In this document: positions 24,487 through 38,900 of the stretch, in pieces
How positions within the stretch are numbered: the first letter of the stretch is position 1
How the letters are laid out: the number at the start of each line of letters is the position of its first letter
NCBI GenBank assembly: GCA_001643675.2
Contig: LSRY02000009.1
Coordinates: forward strand, 1,240,001 to 1,304,000
From: Monocercomonoides exilis PA203
Taxonomy: Eukaryota; Protista; Preaxostyla
Direction: 5' to 3'
Length of the DNA: 64,000 nt
Translations under genes and position numbers: made by a program
Notes under the pieces: model-generated
Database searches by the model: none
Told to the model about the DNA's origin: nothing
Seen by the model: only the letters and a program-made list of their open reading frames with translations

Positions 24487-25509
24487 GGAAGAAGAGGAAG
24501 AAGAGGAAGATGATGATGACGTTTGAGTTTTTTGTTTTATTTGTTTATGAAATGGTATTGGTGACGGAGAAGTTCGACTGTGATGAAGTGAATTATTTTG
24601 TTTGCTTTTTGTTGTCCTTCTTTCAACCCGAAGTTGAGTACTTATAGGATCGTTCACCAGATAAGATGGGACATTATTTTTTAAAGAAGGTTCTGCAGAT
24701 GGATAAACATCAGCATTGTTGATTGAAGGAAAAGATTTTTTTAATGACGAAGATTGTTTTTTGTTTGAATAATTTTTTTCTGTAATAATAATATCATCCC
24801 ATGCAGATTCCTCTATGAACTGTGCGTAATCTGGTACATTTTTTGATCTTTTCTTGGCTGATTGCAATGACGTTGATGCTTCTGTGGAATGGGCCAACAT
24901 CCAATTGTTGCCCTTTTCTCAATCTTGTTCATTAAGACCTTAAAAAAAAAAAATAATTGAAAAAATAAAAAAACAGTAAAAATAGAAATTATAATAAAAT
25001 TATTTACAAACCACTTTAACATGATGGTGGGTGAGGCAATTGTGCTGGTTTTAAAAATACTTGGTTTTTTGAAAGAGTTTGTTTTGCATAATTACACTTT
25101 TTTTCAGTGATGTCAAATCCATAGTCCAGAAGCTCAGATAATGATGCGTTGCGCGTGAGTGCTTGAAGGATCATCGTTTGCGTGTGAAATTGTGCATGCT
25201 TACACACAATTGAGAGATCTTTCAGAAGCATTTCGTAAAATTCTAAGTTTTCATTGGAACAAAAAAATAAGAAAAATTAACAAATAAATATTATAAAAGA
25301 TAAATAAAAGTTATTCACAATCAAAAAATCTTGAAGTCGAAACCATTCAAGGATTTCAGTAAATCATTAATTACTGAAGATGATTTTCTGTAGTTGAAAA
25401 ACAAATAGACGAGCAATGAATCAACGTCATCTCCACCGATGCGTTGTATTTCTTTCCAAAGAACGTTGCATCGTGAATTTAGAGTTGACACCTGTTTTGC
25501 AAATGACAT
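21598..25509 (-). pseudogene. Multi-exon USP(C19)-transposase fusion gene, copy A (several stops/frameshifts)
   Basis: Cys box GLANLGNTCFLASLLQCF; His box GQVLHKQ...GHLIAVV...CND (~23260-23150); RRTDLCGMC; transposase FDFKEKW...FFCDSG...FFAEHHGKNICDSEFG. Confidence 0.8.
24296..24510. repeat. (GAAGAAGAG)n minisatellite encoding poly-Ser on the minus strand
   Basis: Directly visible 9-bp tandem array. Confidence 0.95.
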
Positions 25510-26739
25510 TTTTGTGATAATCTCAATATATTATGGAATTATTATAAATAAATAAAAAAATGACAAGTCAACTTTTACTGATTTTTTTTGAATTTTCAAT
25601 TGAAAAATTTCGATAAACAGTAACAAATATCAATATTTTAGCTCAAATAAGAAATTTATGTTTCAGATTTTTTCATAAATTCAAATTGAACGATTAAAAT
25701 AACAAAACTATTTTCTGATGACTTATTTGCATTAATAAAGCAATAATATTCACAAATTAAATGAATAATATTCAAACAAATATCACATTTCCAAAATTAA
25801 TGATCATAAAAAACCAAATTATTTGTGCATTTTGGTCAACATCGAAAGTCACTTTTTCTGTTCTTTACAAGCTGAAAATATCATTTTATGCTGTTTTGAG
25901 CAAAAAAATAAAATGCCCACAACGCCATGATCTTTCGACATATTTGAAATTTAGAAAATACAAAATTTTGTTCTATATTAATTTTCAATTTTAAATGTTA
26001 ATTTATTGCAGATGAAAAAAATTATCAGCATATGTTGATGTTTATTTTTTTCTCAAAAATTCTGTTAGGTTAGAAATTTATTATTTGAGAAAAAATTTAT
26101 TTGCGAAAAAGGTTTTTTTATCTTTATCAAATGAATTTATATTACAGCTGGAAACGAATTGATAAAAAACCAAAACAACATAAAAATGTTAGCGTCTGCA
26201 GATTGTCGTTTTATTTATGAATAACAAATGCATTGAATTTGGTTTCTTAAGTTATGAAAAAAAAGTCTGTTCTATTTCATGCGCTAAATGGTACAATCAT
26301 TTGAATAATTCGAAAAATATTTGTCTAAAATAACTTTAATAATTAAATACTGAACATATGGGTCATTCTTTTTGAAAAGTCGCAAAAGTTTAATTTTCAA
26401 ATAAATCAAAAATTTAATATTTTGCCCAAAATAATATCAACATACACCAAACTTTACTAACATATAATCTATTTCTGGAAAATGCTATTTCAAACATTCT
26501 TAAGAAGATTAGTGAGTGGAAACAGAAATTTGATTAAGATATGAAATTTTTTATTTATTTGAAAATTAAACATTTGCGACTTTTCAAAAATAATCACCCA
26601 TATAATACATTTTTTTCGTTTGAGTGAAGAGGTTATGTGCTATGATGGAAAAGAAATAAATGAACATGATGATTGAAAATGTTGTCATTTTATTGCACTG
26701 GATGCAATTGAGGAATTTTTCCGTGAACTGTGATTTTCG

Positions 26740-27800
26740 CATTTGTGGAACGGAAGGTAGGTGTTTGAAGAGGAACAAATGTTGAGGTGAGGAGGGTGAG
26801 GGAGGCGTCTTGGAGGAGGGAAATGAAGCCGGTGAGGGCAAACTCGATGGTGGCACATGGGGCATGTTGGTGTCTGCCACAGGCATCGACATCACTTCCA
26901 CCATTTGAGACTATAATGTTCAGGGCGATGAGGGGGAGTCAGCCATTGAACACAGCGTTATCAGCTGTATTGCTGTTCCACACTCTTTTTACTTGGGTTG
27001 TTGAACCACAATTCTCAAATGGAGATTGTGTTATGGAATTACCATCGAAGAAACAGAATGTGATGAATTTGAACCCGCTCATCCAGGGATAAGTTGAATA
27101 GAAGAAAATTGCAGCACCTCCATAAGATTTGAAGCAGAAAGATTGTTATTGATGAACAGGCATTCTATAATTGGGAATTGACTTGGTTTGTTGCTTGGAG
27201 GATGATAAAATGTTAGAGAGCCAGCAGAATCACCACCAGAATTAGCAATGCACTTGCATTTGGTGAACAAGAATTGTCAGTTTGATGGAAAGGCACCAAT
27301 ATAGAAATACCATCCAGTACCTCACGAATTTGTGATAGAACAATTTTCGACTTTGTTTTCTGAATGGTAATAAGCAGAATTTTGCTGTGGATTTGTTGTA
27401 TGAACTGCTCCTCCATGAGCAGCAAATAATTTGAAATATTGGATTTCATGATATCAATATTCAACAAACAATTTCAGCACAACGCTCCTCCAAGATCATC
27501 GGTTTACCAATTATCGAATTAGCAAGAAATGATTGTGAGATTGGTATTTGTACAAGAAACATAAAGTGCACCACCATGATCACTACCACCAGTTGAATCG
27601 TTCCATTCGCACCATTCAAAGAGATAGCTCTTCAAATCAGTAAAGGATAATCTACTTAGTTTCTCTCTGTTTGATTCAGATCCATTATATTGTACAAGAA
27701 CATTTGATAAAAATCATGTCTGGTGAAGGAAAGAAGCGTTGAATGCACAAAGAGAAGTGTCAGGACTGTTGAAGTTGGGTAGGATAGCATAACAAATGAT
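26740..27800 (-). pseudogene. Decayed GGA-repeat (beta-helix/pectin-lyase-like) protein family member
   Basis: GSDHGGALY, GGAVHT, CLFINN, FCFFDGN and DACGRHQHAPCATIEFAL motifs; many stops. Confidence 0.6.
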
Positions 27801-29049
27801 AGTTTGTTCACGATGAAATATTGAAACAAATTTGAAAAAGATAATGTAAATAAAGAAAACTTTTACAGAATCTTTCTTTATTCACAAGAATCAATGTTAA
27901 TCATGACAATAAAAAATCAATCCACACGTTTTCAAAATTATTCTTTCGAAAAATCTTGCAGAAAATTTTGTAAAACAATGAAATTTAAAAAGGTTGTTAA
28001 TAAAAATCCGGATAGCATTTTTTCGCATTGGCATTTGAAAACTTTTATAATTGTGTAAACGAAATATCAAAATAACTCTTCAGTTGTTAACTTCATTCCA
28101 AAAACTAGAATTAATGAACAACTCACATTGAGAATAATCAAAAATGGGTTGTTGAAGAATTTCTAAAAAAAAAACTTTGTTTTCATATCTTCAAATTTTG
28201 ATTTTGTTAATAGAGATTTTTATTGATAATATTCATAAAAATGTTATTTGTTAGAATATGTTAAATAATGTGTTTTTGTTTTTGAGAATAATTCTAAAAC
28301 ATATTGTGACAATCGTTTCTTTAACAAGTTCAATTATGAAAATATATTCAGTTTATTGATATTGGTCTCTTAATTGGCATAATATCGTGCAAAAAATATT
28401 TTTCAATTAAAAACGATATTTTTATATGACAATTTTTTGTTCACATTTTCTTCACTTCACTCCTATTTTGAAATAGATTCCACTTGCATTTTAATTGGAA
28501 ATGAAATGAAATTTCTTGATTAATGTGGTATTTACCATTGCATCTTTAAAAAAAAAGAAAGCTAGCTATTCTTATTGAAAACATTATGACAAAATAAAAC
28601 AAATAATAAAAAAAAATTATTTCCAATATCTTAATCTCTGAAGAAAGATATGGAAAAATGATGATGGTATTGAAATTATCTTCCAAAAAGTTCAATTGTA
28701 TTATTAAAAACAGATATTTTAATCACACAAACATTTTTTATAGTTTAATATTTTTTTTTTTTTGAAAATAGGAAGGAGTGGTGGAGAGAGAAATATTTAC
28801 AACAAAAGAGTCTTGAGAATCAATTTGATAATTCAGGCTCATCGAGAATAAATAACTTTTCAAAAAGAGCACACTGTGATGGACATTAATATTTTGCATT
28901 TAATTATTGCTTGATGATGAGGAGATTGTTTTTAGGCTCTTTCTCCTCTTTCAAGTTTTTTTTTTTACAACAGGATCCTCTCATTTTTTCGTAACAAACC
29001 TTCATTTATCATCAATGAGAACAAACAGGTTTCTTTCATAATGTGATTC

Positions 29050-32036
29050 CCCATCCAAATCGTTCAATTGTCGAAAAGTTTTCAATTTCATCACAAAAGC
29101 ACCTCATCGCTGTTGAGCTCCCGTTGCTTTGCTTTCTTCTCCTTCACATGGTCAAAATAACGCTGTGCAGTCTCTGTCTGCATTTCTGTGTCTCTCTCTG
29201 GATCATTCAGCAGAGCAAGCGCCGAAGACGCACCTTCCACCAAAACAGATAGTCCGGACACAAAGTCCTCTTGGTTGCGCAAGAGATATTCCACAAGCTG
29301 TCTCTTCTTCGTTTCCAGCGCTACCAAAAATTCTGCATGAGTCTTCTCCAAAGCGCTGTACGATTCCGTCTCTCATTCAGAAGTTATAGAATCTTCTCGT
29401 TGCCTTCTGATCGTTATTTCACAAGCTGATTGATCTCTTCATTCACATCATTAAACTTTATCTGAAAACCGATTCTTCTGTCGAGAGAGTCTGAAAACTC
29501 TGATGAAAGTCTACGCATTTTGTCGATTTTTTCGGCTGAAACATCCACGCTTTGAGTCGTCTAAGTCAGCGATTCAACAATTATTATTATCCGATAACAA
29601 AGTTCAGCATCAAGTTGATACGCAAAGGCAGTCCGCCACTACAAAAGCTGAATAAAGAACTCTTGAATGACAGAGGCAAACGAAAGCACAACTGACGAGC
29701 TAACTAACGATGTATAAAATAAAATGACAAGGTTTGCAATCAGCGGCTCGGGTGGCGATTGGATCAGAACAGAACCTGATCGCGCAATTCCCATTGAAAT
29801 CTTGTCGAGTGAAAGCACATTCCGCGAAATTGCTCAGATTGAGCGGAAAATGGTGTTGCTGAGACTGGTCCATATTCGCTCACAGAAGAAGTTGAAGAAG
29901 AAGAAGATGAAGGCTGCATGAATGCCATAATTGAGGAAGGCAGCGAGGATTCAGTAGATAATGGAGAATATCGATAGTTTGAGAGTCCAGAAGTTGAAGA
30001 CGAGGAAACAGAGTCAACAAAGGCAGAGGTGTACGTGTTGGTTGAAGAAACTGTTATTGACCCTGATGAGACTGTTGCAATTGAAGACGTTGAGCCACCA
30101 GAATGTGAAAGACCACCGCCCATTCTGTTGAATTCGATTAGGCTAATTTCATCTCCTTAATGCTTCTTCGCATCTCCTCTGAAACTAAATGGAATCTTCT
30201 TTTCAGACAGCAAATCGAGGGAATAAGGCTGTGACGCAGATGCGCTTGCTCCAAATGAACTGAATTGTTGTTGTTGTCTCTGCTGTTGTTGGATCACTTG
30301 TTGAGAACGGGTGTTTTCTGTTGACTTCAGCGTGGACAGTCCATACGACAGGAGGATGTGCAAAACAATGTTCAGCGACTGCCCCCACACTGTTATCTTT
30401 TTCATTCCTCTAGTTGACACTCTTTCTCCGCTTCGAAAAACTGCTTTGTCAGCTCTGTCTTGTCCATCTTCGAGTGTGCCTGGTGGATGTGTGTTGTGAG
30501 CGATACAACAGAAACAAACCGCATTTCACACTAGCTACACACATATGGCCGGTCATCTGGAACTAACTGAAGAGGAGTTGTTGGATCGGGAGTTACTCGT
30601 GACTCCACCACGGCAAACTTGAGCTGCTGGTTCTTAAAAAAGAAAATAATATTCTGCTCGTGTGTCAATGCACGAACAGGCTGATGCGAGCTGACAGATG
30701 AAAACGATCTGTGGTTGAACCTGCCACATGCACGGAAAGAGAAGGAGCCGTTTCGAGAATGCCCAAAGGACTGGCGAAAAAACGAGGCTGTTGTGCTTCG
30801 TGATGTTGTTAATGAAAAAAACACAGAAAAAGAGACAAAGCTCCGTTATGGTATCTGCTGTCCAGTCGACTGAAAAAACATTGGAGCTGCAGACTGAATG
30901 AAAGGGTAAAAAGCAAAAGTCGTAAACGAAAATGATCAAGTTGATGGTGCATAGCCTGTTTTGATGACGGATTGGTCAGAAAACAACGAGGCAAAAGTTG
31001 ATTGTCTGTTTCGAGAGAATGAATAATTTTGCAAGAAAGAAATCTGATGCTGGGCAATATGCTCCAACGGAACGTGTGGTGGACTCTGTGACAACTGTGA
31101 GCTGTTCGGAGGAGACACAATCAAAGAGGGCTTTTCTGCTGTTTGCGTTGATGAGGCATGCCTCATCCACTGAATATAAAATGATTTTTGAAAGGAAATC
31201 ATTGCAGCAGTTTTGAGCCTCCCAGCCGAATTGATAATCTTCGACGTGGCTGCTTTACAAATACTGATATTTCCGTTCTTTCATCATTCCATCCTGCACC
31301 ACCATTGAACCCAGATGAATGGTGTGAATGTGAAGCACCATCGCTTCCTTCTCCCGGTTAAAGAAATAGCAACTCGTACAGTTGTGAAACGTGCAAATTA
31401 GGCAATTCACGATGATGAGTGGATGAACACACCGCTAACTCTGCTCGTCACGCACTTAAACAGGATTGGACTTGTACAGAAGATCGAAAAAATAAAACGT
31501 CGGTTAAGCTCTTCCACAAATTATGTGACGCTCTGCAAGGAATCCACAACAAATATCGTTTTCTTCAAAAAAGCATACCTTCTTGATAACTTATTCCAGA
31601 TATGTGGAGGCATTTTTTCAGGTTCGGCATTGTCAATCTGCTCGGAATGTTCAGGGTTGTCTGCATCAGCCCCCATCTCGTCATTTTGCAGAATGTTGTT
31701 GGTTCAATACTGCAGCGGAGAGAACAGATCTGTCTTCCCAAGAAGTGTTGTAGCTGATGAGGCATTTTCCTTTTCTGCAAGGCGGAATCCTTCCATTTCT
31801 AATGTCTCAAGTGTTGTTTCTCCAGACATCATTGAAAATATTCTGTTCAACGTCTCCGAATGAGGATCATTGATTAGAGAAATATTTGTATCGTTTATTC
31901 TGATTTGAACTTTTTCTGTTCTCTGGTATTTTTTCCTTGAATAATGACATTTCTTGTTTATCAGTTCTGACAACAAAATAAACACAATATCATCTTCGAA
32001 TTTTGCATTGATTTTTTCAGCAGTTTCAAGCCCCAA
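29050..32036 (-). pseudogene. Decayed Ser-rich protein gene with a C2H2 zinc finger
   Basis: DRPYVCS*CEMRFVSVVSLTTHIHQAH near 30550-30475 and a coiled-coil-like 3' part; multiple in-frame stops. Confidence 0.5.
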
Positions 32037-34499
32037 TTCTTGTTCAAATGATTACGATTCTTTCAATCAGTTCTTAATAAACTTCTTCAAGAACTTTTCC
32101 GAATGAAAGTTTCCAAAATGACACAATTTCAAGATATGAATGTTTAAATCAGTTTGAACTTCAAATCTCAGTCTGAGTGTGCAAAATTTAATTTTATCTT
32201 CATTAATAATAAAGAATAAATAACGAATTTTCATGTTTGGAAATTTTTGTTATTTCCATAGATCATGGCAATTTGGGCATGAATTGTTTTTGTTTTGTTC
32301 AACACAACTTGATCAAAAATTCAAATTGGAATAGGAAAATGAAGTTTTTTGGATCGCTCAAAATGCACAAGTTATTTGTATATTTCTGATCAAATAGCAC
32401 CGAAAAACATTTTTTCCTGTTTTCATTTTCTGTTCATCTTGGTGAAAGAGGTTGAGAACAGCACTGAATTCATTATTTGATATTTCATAATTTTGTATTT
32501 TCATTATTTTTAACTATCTTTAATCAATATTTATTTCTTGCTGAAAAAAATTGAAGAATAGAGATTTTTCTATGTTCAATACTGGAAGAAAACATCGTGG
32601 AATGAGCAGGAAGTCAATTAAAGCAGACGTTGACAACATCGAAGAGTTGTTACAAAATATGCCATACGATAGAGCCTTGATTGTGTTTTCGAAGTTCATG
32701 AACGAAAACGATTTAGGTAAATTGCTTTGTTTTGATTCCATGAAATCACCTCTTTGTTTGTTTTTTTTTTATTGAAATAATTCTAAATATTTTTTCATAT
32801 TTTTCCTTTGTGTGAACAATTTTTTCCTTATTTATTAATTTATCTTTCTTTCGAAACCTTCAATAAAGCACCTCTCACATGCCTTGTTAAAGAATTGAGA
32901 TTTGCATTTAATGATGCTTCAATTCCGATAAAGAATAAGATGATACTAGCTCTTACGCAAAATTACTCTCAAAAGGAACTACGCAATGAATTCGGATTCA
33001 ATATCGAAGTTTCCATTTATGATGATGCTGATTGGATTCAGCACAGAAAAAGAAAGCTGCTAACGAAGGAAAATTCATGCAGAAGAAGGGAAATAAATAA
33101 CAATATTAGAGAGGAATTTTTGCTAAGTTCAGATGATGAAAGTGAGATGTCGTCGAGCAAGAGATATGACGAAGAAGATAGTGGAAAAGAAGCATCTTCA
33201 TTTCTCCCTCTTCATGCACAATCGTCTTCTTCATCGTTGCCTTTATTTCCTTCTCCTTTCTCATCTCCACCTTCCATCTCACCTGACTCTCCTTTCAACA
33301 CATTTCCTTTATCCTCATTCGTTCCTTTTTCTTCAGAGAAAACTTCTTCATCTATCGCTCATTCTTCATCAAGTGCATCTCTTCCTTTACCATCTACTTT
33401 ATCACTTTTTCATGAGCCTTCTCTAACAGAGAAAAAACTCACCAAATTACCAAAAAATATTTCTTCAAAAAATATATCGATTCCTTCTTTTTCAGTTCCA
33501 GTCTCATCGGTTGCATCTCCACAGGATAATACATCAACGATCTCATTAACTTCATTCTCTTCGAATTCTTCATCCATTCATTCAACATTGCCACAATTGA
33601 AGAATAAAACTGATCAATCAATGATGTTGAAATTAACATCAATTTCAAAAACGAATAACTCTTCGGCTTCGAATCATTCTCAGCCATTATTATCTTCTTC
33701 ATTGCATTCCTCCTCTTTCGAAATATGTCCACTTGACATTTCTCCAACAAGCCCTCCTCCTCCTCCTCTATCTTCTTCTTCTTTATCCTCACCCAACCCC
33801 TTCACTAACCTCACAACTTCACGAATGGTTTCCGTCTCCAATGTCTCTTCTCCCACAGCCTCCTCTCCAACCCCCGCATCCCTCCAATCCCCTTCATCAA
33901 CTTCCTCTCCCTCTTGTCTTGGAACACCTCTAATCCCCTCCTCTTCTTTATCTGCTTCTGCTTATCACTCATTTCCTCCACATAACGGAAGCAATATTAA
34001 CTCCAAAATAGATCTTTCAAATGAATCACATTTTTCTCCTGCGAACACTTCTCAATTGAAAAATGAGACCAATTCATCTTCATCTATTTCCTCATCATCT
34101 CCTTTAGCATCGGCTTCCTCAGCAACAACAACTTCAGCTCAGCCTTCTTCTCTGTCTCCTTCCTCATCACTGGCTGCAGAAGCTATTTCAACTTCAACTT
34201 CTATCCAAGTATCATCAACTTCTGCTCTTCCTCCTTTGCCTCTGTTATCATCATCTTCCTTTTCCTCTTCCTCATTCTCCTTTTCTTCCTCTTCCTCTTC
34301 TTCTCCTCATCCTTTTTTGAATTCTATTCATTATTATTCATTTATTTCATCATCATCTTCTTCTGTTTCCTCCTACTCCTCTTCCTGTTCCTCTTCACCT
34401 TCCTCTTCTTCATTGCAACTTCACCAAACTTTACCATCCACGCAAAAAGATCTTATTCCTGCATCTTTTTTCTCTTCTTCTTCTGAACTGCCTCGCACT

Positions 34500-34578
34500 T
34501 CTTCCTCTTCCTCTTCCTCTTCCTCTTCCTCTTCCTCTTCCTCTTCCTCTTCCTCTTCCTCTTCCTCTTCCTCTTCCT
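34500..34578. repeat. (TCTTCC)n microsatellite, poly-Ser
   Basis: Directly visible. Confidence 0.9.
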
Positions 34579-35918
34579 CCTTTCCTTCATCTCCCTCATC
34601 TCCTTCACCTCCCTCCCCTCCCTTTTCAGCAACAGAAGACAGTTCAATTCATTCATCAGAATGTTCTATTGAGTCTCCATTCCAAAATGAAAAATACACA
34701 AGAACCTCTCAAACAGTTATTCAATAATCGCTTTTTGCGAACTCTTCTTCCACAACTGCTGTTGCATTCACAGCATCTACTCCTTTTGATTCAAATTCTT
34801 CATCACCTTCAGGAAACTCATCACAATCATCATAGCAGTTTTTGAACGCGAAAAATTCAACATCTGACACATATCATAATTTTTCTTTGTCCTCTCTGAA
34901 GAATTCTCCATCATTTGCTCCAGAACAATCATCTTTCTCACAACCACAAACTGCTCCAAATGAAAAAACAACTTTGCCATCTTCTTTAATTGATGGAACA
35001 GTTGATTATCTTAATAATTTTCAATTTGAAGCTGAAGAAAATATGGAAAAAAGAAAGAAAGATTCAAACGAATTGTTAAAACCGTTTTCAAATGCACTCA
35101 AACGAGATGATGAAATCGAAGAGAAATCACGTTTATGTGTATTTCAACAATTGGAGTCGAAAAGAGGGCTTGTAAACACAGGAAGTGTCTGTTCATTATC
35201 TTCTATTTGTCAATGTTTCGCTGCACTTGACATTAACAGCAATCAAGTTGCAATAATGAACGATGAACAAGCAGAGTTCATTCAATTATTCGAAATGCTC
35301 CGGAAGTCAAAAAAGAACAGCAAAGTTTGGAATGGAACAGTCATTTGGAACTTTTACGAATTGAAAATTAGACCAAGAAATGTGGCACAAAAACTGACTG
35401 ATGTTTTTGATCAAATGTTGGATATGTTATCTGAAAAAAAGAAAAAAATCTATCATATGTTTTCAATCTTCAGCCAAAACGTTCGTAAATGCACTCATTG
35501 TGAAAATTTCTTAGTCTCGGATCGTGAAACAAGGTATTATTTCACTATAAATGGATCTGACATTATCGGAGGCCTGTTAAAATTACTAACAAACATTAAT
35601 CTTATCACAGAACAAAGAAATCGAAGGTGTAACAGGTGTGAAACGGACCAACCTTGCATTCCATTCGTGCGTTTTGTATCATTTCACGATATTCTTACAA
35701 CTAATCACAATGATAAATAGACTTTTCGGGTTCTCGCACATCCAAAATCGATTGTGTTTGTTGAAAAGGGACAGGAACCGAATGACTTGGAAATAAAAAA
35801 CCCATTTAAGTTAAAGGAAGAAAGGGATCTGATTTTGAAGGATATAGAGCGATCTATCGTTTATGATTTGGTTGGTTGCATTATTCACTCAACAGCAATA
35901 TACGAACAAGGTCATTTT

Positions 35919-38900
35919 TAAGCCTCTGCGACACAAAAAATTTTCAGGTTATTTGTCGGTCGAGCTGGGAAGTCTTCGTCGAGAAAAAAGAGGATATTAA
36001 TTGTTTTAATTTTCAAATTTGCATTAACTTTTGAGAACAAAAAACATTTTGTCAATTTTCATTTTTTGAATTAAATGTTCATTAAAATATATCTATGTTA
36101 TTTGATGAAATGTGAGTAAAAATTTTAATTTTTTATGAGAAATATATAATAATATTTATTTGATCAATTAACAAATTGTTTTATTTTAAGTTATTTCTTT
36201 TCCTGAAATAACCGTGCATTCTCATGTGCATAGTACAAAAAATGCTACACATTTCTATAATATCAACAATAAAGAACAAGGTATTAATTCCAATTACCCT
36301 TTTTTTTCACTAATTGAAAATTTTAAAACAAAAGAGCACAAAAAATGATTATTTCTTTTTTTTCAGAAAAGAGAATAGAATAACGCATAGAGAAATGAGT
36401 AAGAGAATGCATCAGAATATCAATCATTTTCAATTTGCGATAGTTTTCATTGCGCATTCCATTTTTAATTAGCCTTTGTGTTCATGACAATGAAAATACA
36501 ATTCTCACTGTTGAGAATTCTTCATTTACAAGATGCAATTCTTCTTCAAAAGGTGGAGGAATATGTGCATTTAATATTGCTGAATGCATTGTTCATCATT
36601 CTTCATTTGATCAATGTTCTGCATATGGCACTTCAGATTTCGGAGGAGGTGGAATTATGGCAGAGCATGTGTATGTCCAGTCAATGGTTGATGATTGCTA
36701 TTTTCAAAACTGTTCTTCAGGTGATGACGGAGGAGCAATTGATCTGCGTGAAACGAATACTCAAAGGCAGAAAGAATGAATTATTAATTCGTTTTTTAGA
36801 TAACTGTCAATGCTTAGGATCAATCGATGGGGCAGGGGGAGCAATTATTCATTGGGGATGCAAGGATCAAGTTGTTATTTCGAATTGTCTCTATTGTCAA
36901 TGTCTTGCAATGTGCGGAGGAGGCGCTATTGGTATATTAATTAATAGTTACAATCACGGAACATTGTTTTATTTCTGCTTTTTCCATAATAATACGTGCA
37001 GAATAAGTGGACATGATATTATTCTTCACGGATCAACGGAAAAAAACATTGATTCCACATGCTATTCAACATTAAATTCAACAAATAGAGTTAGCACAGA
37101 TTCATTTGAAATGATTTATCAAAGCAGATGGCTTCGAAACAATTTTGGAATAATGAGATTTGTTTCTTCGACTGAAACACAACCAAGTGCAACTGATGCA
37201 TATGCATGTGGGCTGAATGAAATGCATCCTTGAGGAACTATCAGGCATTGCTTGACTCAGCTTATTCTTGGTAATGAAAATGACGTTCAGATACTCACAG
37301 GAACGATCACAGAAACCAAGAATGTGGACTGCAATATCAATTCTTTCACAATTATTAGGCAAAGAACTATGAGCACAGCAACACAAACAGAATTTGAAGT
37401 ATCTGTACTGTCTCTTTTTTTCTGTCTCAATAGGCACATTGACTGTCAGAGACTTTGTTCTTGTGCATGACTCTGCTCATCCGAATAATAGTGGTTCAAG
37501 ACAAATTGACATTACTGAAACTGAAGAGAGGAAGATAAGCTATCTGAACATATCTGCTGGAAGTGGACATTCGGTACAAACAGCATTCACCACAGAGTTG
37601 ATAAATATTCAGAATGGGATCCTTCAAATGGAAAAAGTGAACTGCGCAAAGACTATCTCCACAACTTTATTATTTTCGCGATCTTCGACAAATGAAAATT
37701 TTCATTCACTTTTTCAAAATGCTTTCTTTGCAATATAGAAAGAACAAAGATGAATCCATCTGTTGCAATTGAAAAGAGAAAGAAGTTGACTTGAAAACAG
37801 AAGCGCAAATCGAACAAGATAGCGATTCACAAGGAACACTCCACGCCTTGCCACAGATTGGAGATGAAAAAGTGATTCGAATGTTGATCAATAAGAAACC
37901 AAAGACTGAGAAGAAACAGAATAGAAAGAATGAGAAGAGGAGGTGCACATGTGAAGCGATGGCTCCAAGGTTGCGGTGAAGTTAGAGGCTAACAGACACT
38001 ATCTGGAGACCCATGTTAACGACGATTCAGCATTCATCCTTACACCAAAAAAGCTACCTGCGAAGCCACAGAAAGAAACTGTGTTCAACAAACATAAACC
38101 TTTCATCATGATAAGTTACATATGCATCAGAGAAATCAACCCAATCTTTTTTTCTTTGCATCACACTTACACCATTGTGTGTTTTTCATCTCGCTAAGCT
38201 GTCAAAGGCACACGTTACAGAGGCACAACTGCTCAACTTTCAATTTACTCATGTAAAATCACTCCTCTCAGCAAACATTTATATGCAACGATCTTCTGTC
38301 ATTTGCAAATCATTTGTTTGTTTTTGAATTCGAACATTTGTTCGCTATTTTATAATATATTGTCCTTCTTCCCCTCTTTTCCTTTTCTTTTCTATCAAAC
38401 TGTTTCTCTCCTATCAATGAAATGTTCCTTCTGCCATCAGACTGTATTATTTCTTCGGCATTCTTCATTTCCACAACCATTTTCCGCTTTGCATCCAACT
38501 TTATCTGCTCCAACGTCACAGTTGCCGTTTCCAAATGTTCATTGCAGCTCACAGATAAGGTCCATTCGATCGATGCTTCTCACTCTGCACATTTCGAAAT
38601 TGAAGGAACTTTTATCATTCACTTTTTTTTAAAAAAAGAATAAAATTTTCTTTAACTTAAAAATAATGTTATATGAATCTTTTTCGAAAACAAAAAATAT
38701 TAAAATTTTTATGTACCCTTTTTGTGGAACTTAATATTTTGCCATCAATTTGTAATAATGAAAGTTTTCACTCAAAAACTTCAGCATTTCACTCCATTAT
38801 CACAACAATTTTATATTTTGATTGTAACAACGTTATCTAATCTGTTCAAAGAATTTGAAACAAAATAATACAAACGAGGGTTATTTGAAAAACACTTTAC

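Larger units (their letters stand above)
20369..25933 (-). mobile_element. TIR DNA transposon copy A encoding USP deubiquitinase + Sola-like DDD transposase
   Basis: ~208-bp near-perfect TIRs at 20369-20577 and 25726-25933, starting AGATCATGG, enclose the gene at 21598-25509. No clear TSD. Confidence 0.85.

Noticed and set aside
24246-24647. Lys/Arg-, His/Thr- and Cys/Val-repeat ORFs (also 54245-54627, 58963-59318)
   Set aside because: These are translations of microsatellites.
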